The notes: generated from the sequence alone by a model not told the origin. Counted from the first letter of the stretch, positions 1 through 9,267 are shown. The stretch is DNA of 64,000 bases from Fervidobacterium sp. (GCA_049970055.1 JBMFNR010000002.1:308406-372405), one strand, 5' to 3'. Made by a program: numbers and translations.

Positions 1-35
1 GGATAGTTGTAGATGCCGTGATTAATAATGGCTAA

Positions 36-1715
36 TCAGTTTCCCATGCGTATATCCTCTTGACTTCTTGGTAATAATTCTAATTCATTTTTAAATAAGC
101 TTACAATTCCTACGATCGATACTGTATCTCCCTGGCTTATGTTTGATAAATTAATACCCGTTGCACTTTTAACGTATACTTTCACGTCAGATTCGCCAGT
201 ATCAAGTATTATCGTATCTTTAGAAATTGATTTAACTACACCCTGCACGGACACAAGGTTTGAGAGGTGGCTTGTCTCAAGTTTTTTAACTTCGACGGGT
301 TTTGGTTGTTTGGAACCTACTTTTGATATGTTATCAACAAGAATTTCAAGTACTCCGTTGTACATTTTTGTTGTACCTGAGACACTTACTAGGTCACCGA
401 CTTGTAATGTTGTTGGGATAGATTTTCCATAGAGCATGATCGCACCACTTTCATCTTGTATGTAGGTGGTTGCACTACTTAACAATCCAACAGGGGATAA
501 GATAACGCCTGTAACTGTAACTTTGCTTCCTTCAGGCATGGTGTAGAGTTCGGAAATTCTAGTTGTTTTTGTTGACTGAGGCGTTGTAATTAGCTGCGTT
601 TGACTTTGAATTGGTTGGATCATCTGAAGAGTTGAGTTGGCAATTTGTACTAAATCAATTGATGCTTTGTAATTGTATGTTAATTGAAGAAGAACATTTT
701 GGGTACCTAAGAGGGAAGAAGACAGATCGCCATTGGCAAAAGATATTGTGAGATCGGCAATTTTGAATTTAAAACCGTACAGTGGAAGCCAACCACTTTC
801 CAACCATTTGCTGTTGTATTTCACAAAAACTGCGTTGTATATTCCCGAATTCTCGCACCCAGCTTCAAACATGAAGTTCCATGAGTATGGCATGTTTGGG
901 TTTGATGGTTCGCCCGTTGCAAACTCCACGTCGTATTTATTCGCACCAATGTACACAAATTGAGAAGAAATAGTGAACGGATTTTGTTTCCAAGTAGTAC
1001 CTAAGATAAAGCTAGGCTCAAGTAAATTACTTTGGGCAGCGGCAAAGCCCGTCCAAATGTCGAATTGTCCAAAATCCGTTTTAATTTGGTGAGAATAATT
1101 TATAGAAGCATTTTCGTACTTGCTTTCATAGTAAATTCCCAATCTTCCGTTTCCAAATTGTCCAAAGTTCGAACTTACTGTTCCGTATACTGCATATTTT
1201 TGTAAATCTAAACTGTACGAACCTCCAATTTCGTACGTCTGCAAGCCTATTTTTCCCGACCAATAACCGGTTATTCCACCTATCGTTGGGGGGGCTTGAA
1301 CAGATGTATTATACGTATCGAATTTGAATCCTCCTAGCCTTACACTCTCGAATTTGCTCGTTAAATTTCTTGAAAGTCTTTGGCGACCAATCGAGAGATA
1401 TAAGCTACCATCGCCAAAATTGAAAGTGGAATCAAGAAAGTAATATCTTGGTAGAGGAAAGATAAATCCGTTGAAGTCCGCGTTGCCATGTGTGTATGTA
1501 AGGTAATCAGTTAATTTGATTGAAACCATGTCTAACAGCTGTGGAGGTGTTATCGTCCAGTAAGCGATCGGGAAGTTATCGTAAGAGCTATCGTTTAATC
1601 CGTAAGTTAAGTAACCTGTAAGGCTGAAATCTAATTTAAACGCATGCAAAGGAGAGATAAACAGGAGCAATATTACTAAAGTGAGTATTTTTTCCATTTT
1701 TTCCATCATCGTCAC
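36..1715 (-). CDS. Secreted protein: predicted outer-membrane beta-barrel N-domain, Q/T-rich linker, two C-terminal OB-fold (YhcR-like) nucleic-acid-binding domains
   Basis: Signal peptide (..SPLHA|F); about 320 aa of alternating aromatic/Gly beta-strands ending LQLTYNY; linker IQPIQSQTQLITTPQSTKTT; OB motifs VTVTGVI..YIQDESGAIMLY..VGDLVSVSG..YNGVLEI and VSIVGIVSLFKNELELLPRSQEDI. Confidence 0.65.
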   Translation of the reverse strand: MTMMEKMEKILTLVILLLFISPLHAFKLDFSLTGYLTYGLNDSSYDNFPIAYWTITPPQLLDMVSIKLTDYLTYTHGNADFNGFIFPLPRYYFLDSTFNFGDGSLYLSIGRQRLSRNLTSKFESVRLGGFKFDTYNTSVQAPPTIGGITGYWSGKIGLQTYEIGGSYSLDLQKYAVYGTVSSNFGQFGNGRLGIYYESKYENASINYSHQIKTDFGQFDIWTGFAAAQSNLLEPSFILGTTWKQNPFTISSQFVYIGANKYDVEFATGEPSNPNMPYSWNFMFEAGCENSGIYNAVFVKYNSKWLESGWLPLYGFKFKIADLTISFANGDLSSSLLGTQNVLLQLTYNYKASIDLVQIANSTLQMIQPIQSQTQLITTPQSTKTTRISELYTMPEGSKVTVTGVILSPVGLLSSATTYIQDESGAIMLYGKSIPTTLQVGDLVSVSGTTKMYNGVLEILVDNISKVGSKQPKPVEVKKLETSHLSNLVSVQGVVKSISKDTIILDTGESDVKVYVKSATGINLSNISQGDTVSIVGIVSLFKNELELLPRSQEDIRMGN

Positions 1716-1733
1716 CCCCAGTTGATTCTTTGG

Positions 1734-4028
1734 CTAGTTTTGTTCCCATCTTAATCTTGGGTAATCGTTGCCTTCGTCTATTGTCCAAGTGTTTGTAAAG
1801 TCCCAACTTGTGAATGTTGATTGGATCTTCATTTCTTGTGTTGATTTTGCTGGCGTTCCTACTTTATCACTTGATGTGGTTGCAACATCTTTATCGAAGT
1901 AGTTATTTGTTGCTCCTTTATCGTACCCACTTGTGACAATGTAACCAACAAAGCCTTGGCCGTTTGTTACTTTAATTGCCGCGTAATTGTACCTGACAAA
2001 ACCTGCTCCGTCCGAGACTTTGTAATTACATATGAACCCTGCTGAAGATGTTGTAGAAGTGTAATTGCTGCGCACTTCTCCACCTTCGACATAGTTGTTT
2101 TCTATTATGACTGGAGCAGATGAGCTTGTTGAAATAAGTTGCCCCAGCAATCCACCTACCGCATATTTTTCTCCTATTATTGTTGAATTTCTAACCACAC
2201 ACGCTTTAATTACACTACCTTCTGATACATCACCGATTAAACCTCCCGCGTACCCAGAACCACTGTAAGATACGTAAACGTTTGAATTGATAACTTTAAC
2301 TTTGTTGATGAATACATTTTTTGCAGCACCTGAAAGCACGCCGGCTCTCTGTTTGGCACTGATATTTGCGTTCTCTAAGATAAGATTGGTCACTGTTGCA
2401 TTGTACAGATAGCCAAATAAACCTACGTTAGTACCGTTAGTATCATTGTAAGTGAGGTTAGAGATTTTGTGACCGTTACCATCAAATACACCTTGGAATG
2501 CAGACTTTGAAAGGTCAGTGGAGTAAGTACCAATGGGGATCCAATTTTGATCCGAGAGATCGATGTCTGCGTTTAGTTTGAAGTGTTTATTTTGCGTTGC
2601 CAAAGCTCTAACACTGATCAAATGCAGTGGTGATTCGATTAAGAACGGATCTTCGTTTGTACCTGTACCTCCGGCAAAAGAGAAGTATTCCCATTCCGCT
2701 CTTAAGTTGATGATATACGTGTCACTTCCCGTAGGTTTTTCCAGATATCCAAAGAACGTAACTATTTTGTTTTTTAGGAAGGAGAAATCCTTCGTATCGA
2801 AGATGTAATTCAAATTTCCTGCGGAAATTTTAACCTTTAACCAATCTCCAACGAAAATTTCAACGCTTCCGTCAGGTACGTTAGTTACATCGGATACTGT
2901 ACCCACCGCAAACACGTATTTGCCAACGCTTGATTGAGCTGTGTCTGAGGATTCAACAGTTTCAGTTGTACTGAACGTTGAGTAGATTCCCGTTTTCTTA
3001 TTAAATGCACTTCTATAAGCTTCTTTTATCTTGTTGTATAAGGTAACAGGCTCGCTAATTGCATGATCAATCTCTGGAACAGCTTTTCCATCTTTCAATA
3101 ACTCTTCCTGGTAGAATTTGTACCCATCGGCACTAAATAAAAATACATGTACCACACCATTTTCATCAGTCTTTCCAAGAATTACTTGAACAAGATTGCC
3201 ATTTTCACTAATAAAAGACTGTAAGTCTGTTTTTGATGATTCATTTAATTCTACATTTATTCCGGTTAGTTTATAAGTTTTATCAAGTGCTCTGAAGGTT
3301 AGTCCGTCTATAACTTCGTCAACAAGTAAACCTTCTCCGACAATCTGTTTGCCCAACTCAATTTGTGTTACATTTAACTTCCACTGTCCGTTTGTGAATT
3401 GTACAAATCCCGTCACTGTGGCTTCCGTTGTATAACTCAGAGGAACTGTAAGTGATGAGGTTAAGCTTGATATATTAATCGATGCCTTTTCGTTGTTACT
3501 TTTCACATACGAGAAAACATAATTACCATCACTTGTTGTTCCACCTAAAATGTATCCGTATGCGGTGACGTATTTGTTATCCCAAAGTGATCTAGTTTTC
3601 AGAGATTTGTCTAAAGTAACATTGAGTAAGGTTGGTGAAATAGTTGTAGCACTTGTTGATAGAGATTTGCTTCCACCTTTCGAGAAGTCTATTTGGGTAG
3701 TGTCTTTGTAAGTTGTGCCTACTGAGTTCGATATAACAACTTTTTTACCTAAGTCCGAATTGTAGAATCCGCCTTTGTACACATAAATACCCGTTTTGTC
3801 ATCGTGTATGATACCATTTCCACTGCTATCAACGTAAATCAGTGTACCTTCAATTGACTTAATTAAAACATTTCCAGCGGAGTTTAAAATCTCCATCTTC
3901 CAAGAATAAATGTCGTTGCTTGATGGCTCTGGCCTTTGAGGTACACATGAAAAAATCGTCAAAAGCAAAATCATAGCAAAAGTTAAAAACATTCCACGTT
4001 TTATGTTAATCCTATTAACCCAACGCAT
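1734..4028 (-). CDS. Lipoprotein: OB-fold pair + degenerate thermonuclease (SNase-like)/OB module + C-terminal GLUG-type domain
   Basis: Lipobox IFSC; RBS AGGAGGG; SNase-like VIDGLTF..KLTGIN..EELLKDGKA; GGTGTNEDPFLIES, WIPIG, FDGNGHKISNL, VGLFG, WDFTNTWTIDEGNDYPRL. Confidence 0.7.
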   Translation of the reverse strand: MRWVNRINIKRGMFLTFAMILLLTIFSCVPQRPEPSSNDIYSWKMEILNSAGNVLIKSIEGTLIYVDSSGNGIIHDDKTGIYVYKGGFYNSDLGKKVVISNSVGTTYKDTTQIDFSKGGSKSLSTSATTISPTLLNVTLDKSLKTRSLWDNKYVTAYGYILGGTTSDGNYVFSYVKSNNEKASINISSLTSSLTVPLSYTTEATVTGFVQFTNGQWKLNVTQIELGKQIVGEGLLVDEVIDGLTFRALDKTYKLTGINVELNESSKTDLQSFISENGNLVQVILGKTDENGVVHVFLFSADGYKFYQEELLKDGKAVPEIDHAISEPVTLYNKIKEAYRSAFNKKTGIYSTFSTTETVESSDTAQSSVGKYVFAVGTVSDVTNVPDGSVEIFVGDWLKVKISAGNLNYIFDTKDFSFLKNKIVTFFGYLEKPTGSDTYIINLRAEWEYFSFAGGTGTNEDPFLIESPLHLISVRALATQNKHFKLNADIDLSDQNWIPIGTYSTDLSKSAFQGVFDGNGHKISNLTYNDTNGTNVGLFGYLYNATVTNLILENANISAKQRAGVLSGAAKNVFINKVKVINSNVYVSYSGSGYAGGLIGDVSEGSVIKACVVRNSTIIGEKYAVGGLLGQLISTSSSAPVIIENNYVEGGEVRSNYTSTTSSAGFICNYKVSDGAGFVRYNYAAIKVTNGQGFVGYIVTSGYDKGATNNYFDKDVATTSSDKVGTPAKSTQEMKIQSTFTSWDFTNTWTIDEGNDYPRLRWEQN

Positions 4029-4071
4029 CTTAATACCCTCCTTGCCGCGCGAAGATTTTTTAAAACCTTAT

Positions 4072-4144
4072 ACATCTATTCGGTGCAATGGTATCTATAG
4101 AAAGCATTTGATAGGCTTTTCACCTATCAAATGCGAATAGATGT
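4072..4144. other. Nested inverted repeat (structured intergenic RNA element)
   Basis: Inner 12-bp stem GCATTTGATAGG(4104-4115)/CCTATCAAATGC(4123-4134) inside outer stem ACATCTATTCG(4072-4082)/CGAATAGATGT(4134-4144). Confidence 0.6.
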
Positions 4145-4225
4145 GAATGGGCGTATTTTTTACACTAATAACAAGTGTTAATACGCGTTAATACACCTTC
4201 ACAGCCCTTTTAAACTATTTATTTT

Positions 4226-6589
4226 TTATTGATTTTCCCATTTTAATCTTGGATAATCGTTGCCCTCGTTTATCATCCAAGTATTTGTAAAGTCCCAACC
4301 TGTGAAGCTTGAACTTGACTTCATCTGTGAAGTTGTTAACGCCGTTTGCATACCAGCACTTGAAGAGCCTGAAGTAGTTTGTGCAACATCGCTATCAAAG
4401 TAGTTCATAACTGATGGGCTTTCCGCTACGACAGTGCCACCACCTACAAATCCTTTCCAGTTAGCATTTGTACCACCTGCTAAATTAACTGGTTGAACGG
4501 CCGCATAGCATTGACTGATATATGTTTTTGTTGTCGCACCGGAGCTTGATGACGTTAATCCAATAAAACCACCTATATTGCTCGATGAGCTTGATTTAAA
4601 CTTAACGATCCCTATTGCATACGATTTCTCGATCGTGTTATTATTCGCGTCAGTTGTAAGTGTAACTCTTCCAACAAACGCACCGATACGTGCGTTATCG
4701 TAATTTGGTGCGGATACGGTTACACTCGCCGCAAAGGATTCAACTATGGTCACTCCACCATTGGCATCTCCAATTAATCCACCCCCATACACAAAGTTTG
4801 AGTTAACCCCCTGGATCGTTGCTTCTTTTACGCCAACTCTTGTTATAACTGAATTCTTAGCGGAACCTGATAGTGCACCTATGTATTGTTTAGCTGTTAT
4901 GTTTACGTTTTCGATGGTCAAATTTGTTACCGTTGCGTTGTACAGATATCCAAATAGACCAACATTTGAAGCGTTGGAATCATTAAAGCTTAGATTTCTT
5001 ATCTTGTGATAGTTACCATCAAGTGCTCCAACGAACGCGCTTGTCGAAAGAGTAGCGCTGTAAGTTCCGATCGGTGTCCAATTGACTCCATTTAAGTTAA
5101 TGTCCGCAATCAGTTTGAAATACTTACCGGTTGTTTTGTATGCACTATCATTTAGCCTTTGCAATTGCCAAGCTGTTCTGATAAGGTATGGATCATCTAT
5201 GGTACCACTTCCACCATCAAATGGGAGAATATTGCTTTTTCCAATTTCTGTTTTTTGACCTTCCGTACCTTGATAATATCCACTTACTGCGATTTTATCG
5301 AGGTTGTCGTAATCGCTTTGCGTTAACTCGATGGTTGCTGTTTTCGTTGTAACCTCGGCAACTTTTGTGTAGTCATTGTCACTTGTAAGTTTCTTGTAGA
5401 TATAGTACTTTTCCGCTTCCACTGTACAATCCCATGACAATTTTAGATTTACACCATCGTAATTTGCTTTAAGGTTTGTTACACTTGCACTGACGGTGAT
5501 GAATTCCTGAATGTTCGCTTTACCAAGAACGACGAGACCACTTTCTTTGTTATCCACAACTGCATTGACGGCGATACCGTTGATTCTGTCGTATTCCGTT
5601 TGGTCAAAATTTCCAATTGTGTATGTTTTGTCTTGAGTAGACCCAACAAAATCGTAATATTTATCTCCATCTTGGGTTAATATTTCTTTGTAAATGTAAA
5701 ACGTGGCGTTTGAGGATGTGTGATCCCAACTCAAAACCAATTCATTTTGTTGCTTTTTCCAAGTACCACTTAAATTCGTAACAGGATCTGCGTATGGTAG
5801 TGAAACTTGAGTTGTAACAACTGCAATCTCAGGTTCGTTTGTTGTTGAGTCAAAGTACACTCTGAACTTTACTTCTCTAACTTTTGCTGGTGGCACTTCT
5901 ATTACCACTTGCTTTTCTAAATCTTTGCTTGCAGGTGTTGTATACTGACTTTTTGCGGAGAGTGAAATGTTGAACTTGACATTCCACATACCTGGGTAGA
6001 CTGCTTTTTCATCGGTAATTGAAGAGGCAGAGAAGTTTATATCCTTTGCTTGGTCAATATCACTTGATGTTTCTTTTTTGAAAGTCAGTCTGGCAAACGA
6101 TATGTTGTACTTATCCCAGATCACAGAATCGATTTCCATAATTGTTCTAATTGTTCCATTCACAAAGGCTGTGTCGATTGTAAAATTGTTATTTGAGCCT
6201 TGGGCGATTGTCTGGTTTTCCTTCGTTCCTGAGAATATGACAGTGTCATTTTCGTAACCTTTTACTTCAAATGTGTATGTTCCAGGTGTCAGTTGAAGTT
6301 GGAATGTGATGTTTGTTTTGTCGGTTACTTCTTTTGTCTCTACTACATTGTTGCTTGAATCTTTAACGGTAAGAACTACTTTCGTTAGGTTGTCGATAAA
6401 TGCGGTAGGTTTAAGTGACAATTTGCTTTCCAATGTGCTTTGTGATGGAATCTTTACACTGACTGTGACTGGAATTTTTGATGAATCCCTTGGCTCAAAA
6501 CCTTGCGTACAGCTTGTAAGAGTAAATAAAAATGCAACCAACACAGTTAAAAGAAAACCGTACACCTTAAAGTTTGCCCCTTTAAACAT
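4226..6589 (-). CDS. Lipoprotein: beta-sandwich stalk domains + two FN3-like repeats + GLUG-type domain
   Basis: ATG at 6589 with RBS GAGGGGAGG (ORF track starts 60 nt upstream); lipobox LTSC; FN3-like VTNL..LSWD..YIYK twice; DGGSGTIDDPYLIRT..WTPIG..VGLFGYLYNATVTNL..WDFTNTWMINEGNDYPRL. Confidence 0.7.
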   Translation of the reverse strand: MFKGANFKVYGFLLTVLVAFLFTLTSCTQGFEPRDSSKIPVTVSVKIPSQSTLESKLSLKPTAFIDNLTKVVLTVKDSSNNVVETKEVTDKTNITFQLQLTPGTYTFEVKGYENDTVIFSGTKENQTIAQGSNNNFTIDTAFVNGTIRTIMEIDSVIWDKYNISFARLTFKKETSSDIDQAKDINFSASSITDEKAVYPGMWNVKFNISLSAKSQYTTPASKDLEKQVVIEVPPAKVREVKFRVYFDSTTNEPEIAVVTTQVSLPYADPVTNLSGTWKKQQNELVLSWDHTSSNATFYIYKEILTQDGDKYYDFVGSTQDKTYTIGNFDQTEYDRINGIAVNAVVDNKESGLVVLGKANIQEFITVSASVTNLKANYDGVNLKLSWDCTVEAEKYYIYKKLTSDNDYTKVAEVTTKTATIELTQSDYDNLDKIAVSGYYQGTEGQKTEIGKSNILPFDGGSGTIDDPYLIRTAWQLQRLNDSAYKTTGKYFKLIADINLNGVNWTPIGTYSATLSTSAFVGALDGNYHKIRNLSFNDSNASNVGLFGYLYNATVTNLTIENVNITAKQYIGALSGSAKNSVITRVGVKEATIQGVNSNFVYGGGLIGDANGGVTIVESFAASVTVSAPNYDNARIGAFVGRVTLTTDANNNTIEKSYAIGIVKFKSSSSSNIGGFIGLTSSSSGATTKTYISQCYAAVQPVNLAGGTNANWKGFVGGGTVVAESPSVMNYFDSDVAQTTSGSSSAGMQTALTTSQMKSSSSFTGWDFTNTWMINEGNDYPRLKWENQ

Positions 6590-6624
6590 GGTGTTCAACC
6601 TCCCCTCGAAAGTGTCGTAATTTC

Positions 6625-8064
6625 TCAATTTAAGATTATATATTCCCATTCAGCTCGTAGTAAAATCTTGTAAATTCCAGATTCTTTCCAGAGCTCTCCG
6701 TAGAATTTTACAGTTTTATTATTAAGATTTGATAAGCTACTTTTTATTAATCTTTGATATTCTTCTCTTCTAATTTCTATCTTGCCCCATCCGTCGTCCA
6801 ATATCAATATCCATTTATCCGCACTTGAGTCAAATGATACGTTTGTAACTGTTCCTTTGAGCCACACTATTTTGCCAATATAGTTATCTTTGCCAGAAGT
6901 TGAAATCTCGATTACCGGTGCAGTATCCCATTTTGAATATATTCCATTTCTATGCTCATAAGCGTAGCTATACGCGTTGATAAGTCTTGGTGTCAGAATT
7001 GGATCGTCACTTTCATCGTAAAAAAGCGGCCGTGCGTAGCCATTTCTGAGGATTTCCTCTTCAAAAAATCTTTTCGCTGTTTGGCTAAATACGTAAGCCA
7101 ATTTTCTCCCGTACGCGTCCGTACCCCTAACGCTAACTCTTACATAACCGTTCGATGAATTAACGAAATTTACTAAAGTGTAGAGAGCTTCCTGATTGAA
7201 CTCGCCAATTGGCTTTGTTCCAGCTGATACCTCAGGTGCGTCGATACCTATTATTCTGTAGGTATTCCCGCTAGTGTCTTTAAATGTATCGCCGTCATGT
7301 ATATCAGATGTCTGGACTTGAACGATTGTTCCTATTTCATTTTCAGATGGGACTGATAGTTTTTCCGTGTAATTTGTAAGTTTGGAAGGCTCCACGTATA
7401 TGTACTTTTTATTGGCTGACTTTGAATATCTTACATCCGTTTGATTGTTTACTCTCCTTACGTATACTTCACTTTCTACTTCCCACACACCGGGGTATAT
7501 TTCAAACGAGGCAACCGCTTGCGAGTTCTGGTAGGATATCTTCGGGTTACATATAAGAAGTGTTTTGCTTGGATAGGCTTTGTTAATAAACGTTACAGTG
7601 GCTTGTGAAATTTCAAAAGACGAATCATTTGAAGATAACGATAAACTAACCGTTCCTGATGCAAGTTTTGTGTCTATAGCAATGGTAGTATTTGAGTTTA
7701 TATCCACGGTCTTTGAGCCGTAGAAAAACAGTTTTTCTTGGTTTTGTTGGTTAAAATATGAGTTAACTATAAACTGGTAAATTCCCGGTGCAAGTCTTAT
7801 GTCATTAAACAATAATTGATTCGATTCGTAGCTTGCTATTTTTGTACCATTTTTGAATATTTCAAGAACAGCTTTCGATATTGGATAATCCGAAAAGCTG
7901 TTTTTTTGAACTATTTGATTTGCTTCAACTGGCGAGTGAATGTTAACCGAGATGGAATACTCTGGTTCAACGGCTTTTTCACAAGATGTTAAAAAGATAA
8001 GTGATATGATGAAAAGAACAAGTAAAGTTTTTAGTTTATTTTTCCTCAAGATATTTCGATTCAT
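6625..8064 (-). CDS. Lipoprotein with thermonuclease (SNase family) domain and C-terminal OB-like domain
   Basis: Lipobox LTSC; intact SNase motifs HDGDT, YRIIGIDAPE, TDAYGRKLAYV, NGYAR, A..HRNGIYS. Confidence 0.85.
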   Translation of the reverse strand: MNRNILRKNKLKTLLVLFIISLIFLTSCEKAVEPEYSISVNIHSPVEANQIVQKNSFSDYPISKAVLEIFKNGTKIASYESNQLLFNDIRLAPGIYQFIVNSYFNQQNQEKLFFYGSKTVDINSNTTIAIDTKLASGTVSLSLSSNDSSFEISQATVTFINKAYPSKTLLICNPKISYQNSQAVASFEIYPGVWEVESEVYVRRVNNQTDVRYSKSANKKYIYVEPSKLTNYTEKLSVPSENEIGTIVQVQTSDIHDGDTFKDTSGNTYRIIGIDAPEVSAGTKPIGEFNQEALYTLVNFVNSSNGYVRVSVRGTDAYGRKLAYVFSQTAKRFFEEEILRNGYARPLFYDESDDPILTPRLINAYSYAYEHRNGIYSKWDTAPVIEISTSGKDNYIGKIVWLKGTVTNVSFDSSADKWILILDDGWGKIEIRREEYQRLIKSSLSNLNNKTVKFYGELWKESGIYKILLRAEWEYIILN

Positions 8065-8094
8065 TTTTTAAATCCTTTCTTTTTTTGTTTTTTA

Positions 8095-9138
8095 TTATTT
8101 TACCGGTATATCTTCTTTTTTAATCTTTGTTAGTAAACTCTCTTTGCTGTTTCTGTACGCAAGAATGGCAATAGATAAAGTATTTTCAAATGTTTCGTTA
8201 TCTAAAACTGTCTCGAAGTGGTTTTCATTTGTGCTACCAAGTAAGGAGTAATAACTATTCCATTCTTCCGCGTATTCTCTATACACGATGAATTTTACAT
8301 CTGTAGCAGGATATGTCCAAGAAACGGAAAGTTTACTTTCACCTGTTAAGTATGTTGCAGTTGCGTTTTCCAATGGAGGTAGAATTCCCAGATCCACAGA
8401 AACTGTTGCAGGTGTTGGTGGGATATCGATAATGATATTCTCTCTGCCAAATGGCACAATGTACCATTTCACCTTTCCGGACTCATTTTTTGCGAATAGA
8501 TAACCGGTTAATGTGGCATCCACGGAGATTGTTATGGGTTTATTTGCGTTAAATGATTCGATATCACTTATTGCTTGGTTCCCGTATATGTATAACTCGT
8601 TCAGATAAGTGTCTTTGATTACATAGGTGGGCTGATCTGTTGTTGACTTAGAGAGTTTACCAAAGACTGTTACGTATTGTCCGTTCCAATAACTGTTTTC
8701 TTGGAAAGCAAGAGCGCTTAAAGACGTGTTTAAAACAAGTGGATTCGGGGCAAATTTTTCAAGTAAGTTAAGAGTTAAATCGGACTTTTCATGGAGCTTA
8801 ATTGTGATTATTCCGTCTTCAAATGTCAAAATACCATTTTTTATTGTGACATATTTTCCAAGATAATTCGTTGAAATTGCCTTACCAGTAACGTAGACAG
8901 CTGTTTGTTTATCTCGAAGCACAAAGTTATTCGTATTTGTGTCTATCCAAAGAATTTTTCCCACAATTAAATCAACCTTCTGATCGTTGTTCGTTTTCAA
9001 CAATTCTGATTTTAAAAGGTTTAACACATTTGCTGGGTCTGTTGAATTCACTGGTGGTTGAGGCGGTTGATTAATGGAGCAAGAAAAAAGAAAAAGTAAA
9101 AACACCAGTAAAATGACTTTAAAACATTTCTTAGACAT
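8095..9138 (-). CDS. Lipoprotein: OB-fold pair + FN3-like domain
   Basis: ATG 9138 after RBS GAGGGGGG; lipobox LFSC; N-part aligns by eye with the 764-aa protein, C-part with the FN3 repeats of the 807-aa ORF. Confidence 0.6.
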   Translation of the reverse strand: MSKKCFKVILLVFLLFLFSCSINQPPQPPVNSTDPANVLNLLKSELLKTNNDQKVDLIVGKILWIDTNTNNFVLRDKQTAVYVTGKAISTNYLGKYVTIKNGILTFEDGIITIKLHEKSDLTLNLLEKFAPNPLVLNTSLSALAFQENSYWNGQYVTVFGKLSKSTTDQPTYVIKDTYLNELYIYGNQAISDIESFNANKPITISVDATLTGYLFAKNESGKVKWYIVPFGRENIIIDIPPTPATVSVDLGILPPLENATATYLTGESKLSVSWTYPATDVKFIVYREYAEEWNSYYSLLGSTNENHFETVLDNETFENTLSIAILAYRNSKESLLTKIKKEDIPVK

Positions 9139-9236
9139 AACATTCCCCCCCTCAGTATAAAATTGTCTTAGCATGCTATTATACAAAATTTATTGTTAAG
9201 TTAAAATTAAGATTTTTATTAACTTTCTCAAAGCTA

Positions 9237-9267
9237 AAAAATCTACCGACAAAATCGGTAGATTTTT
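9237..9267. terminator. Intrinsic terminator (bidirectional shape) after the amino-acid ABC ATPase
   Basis: AAAAATCTACCGA-caaaa-TCGGTAGATTTTT. Confidence 0.8.

Noticed and set aside
1..35. End of a convergent + strand gene (..IVVDAVINNG*)
   Set aside because: Only 11 codons are visible, too little to support a call
4072..4144. Hammerhead ribozyme or known riboswitch
   Set aside because: No CUGAnGA core or recognisable aptamer on either strand; kept only as an unassigned structure
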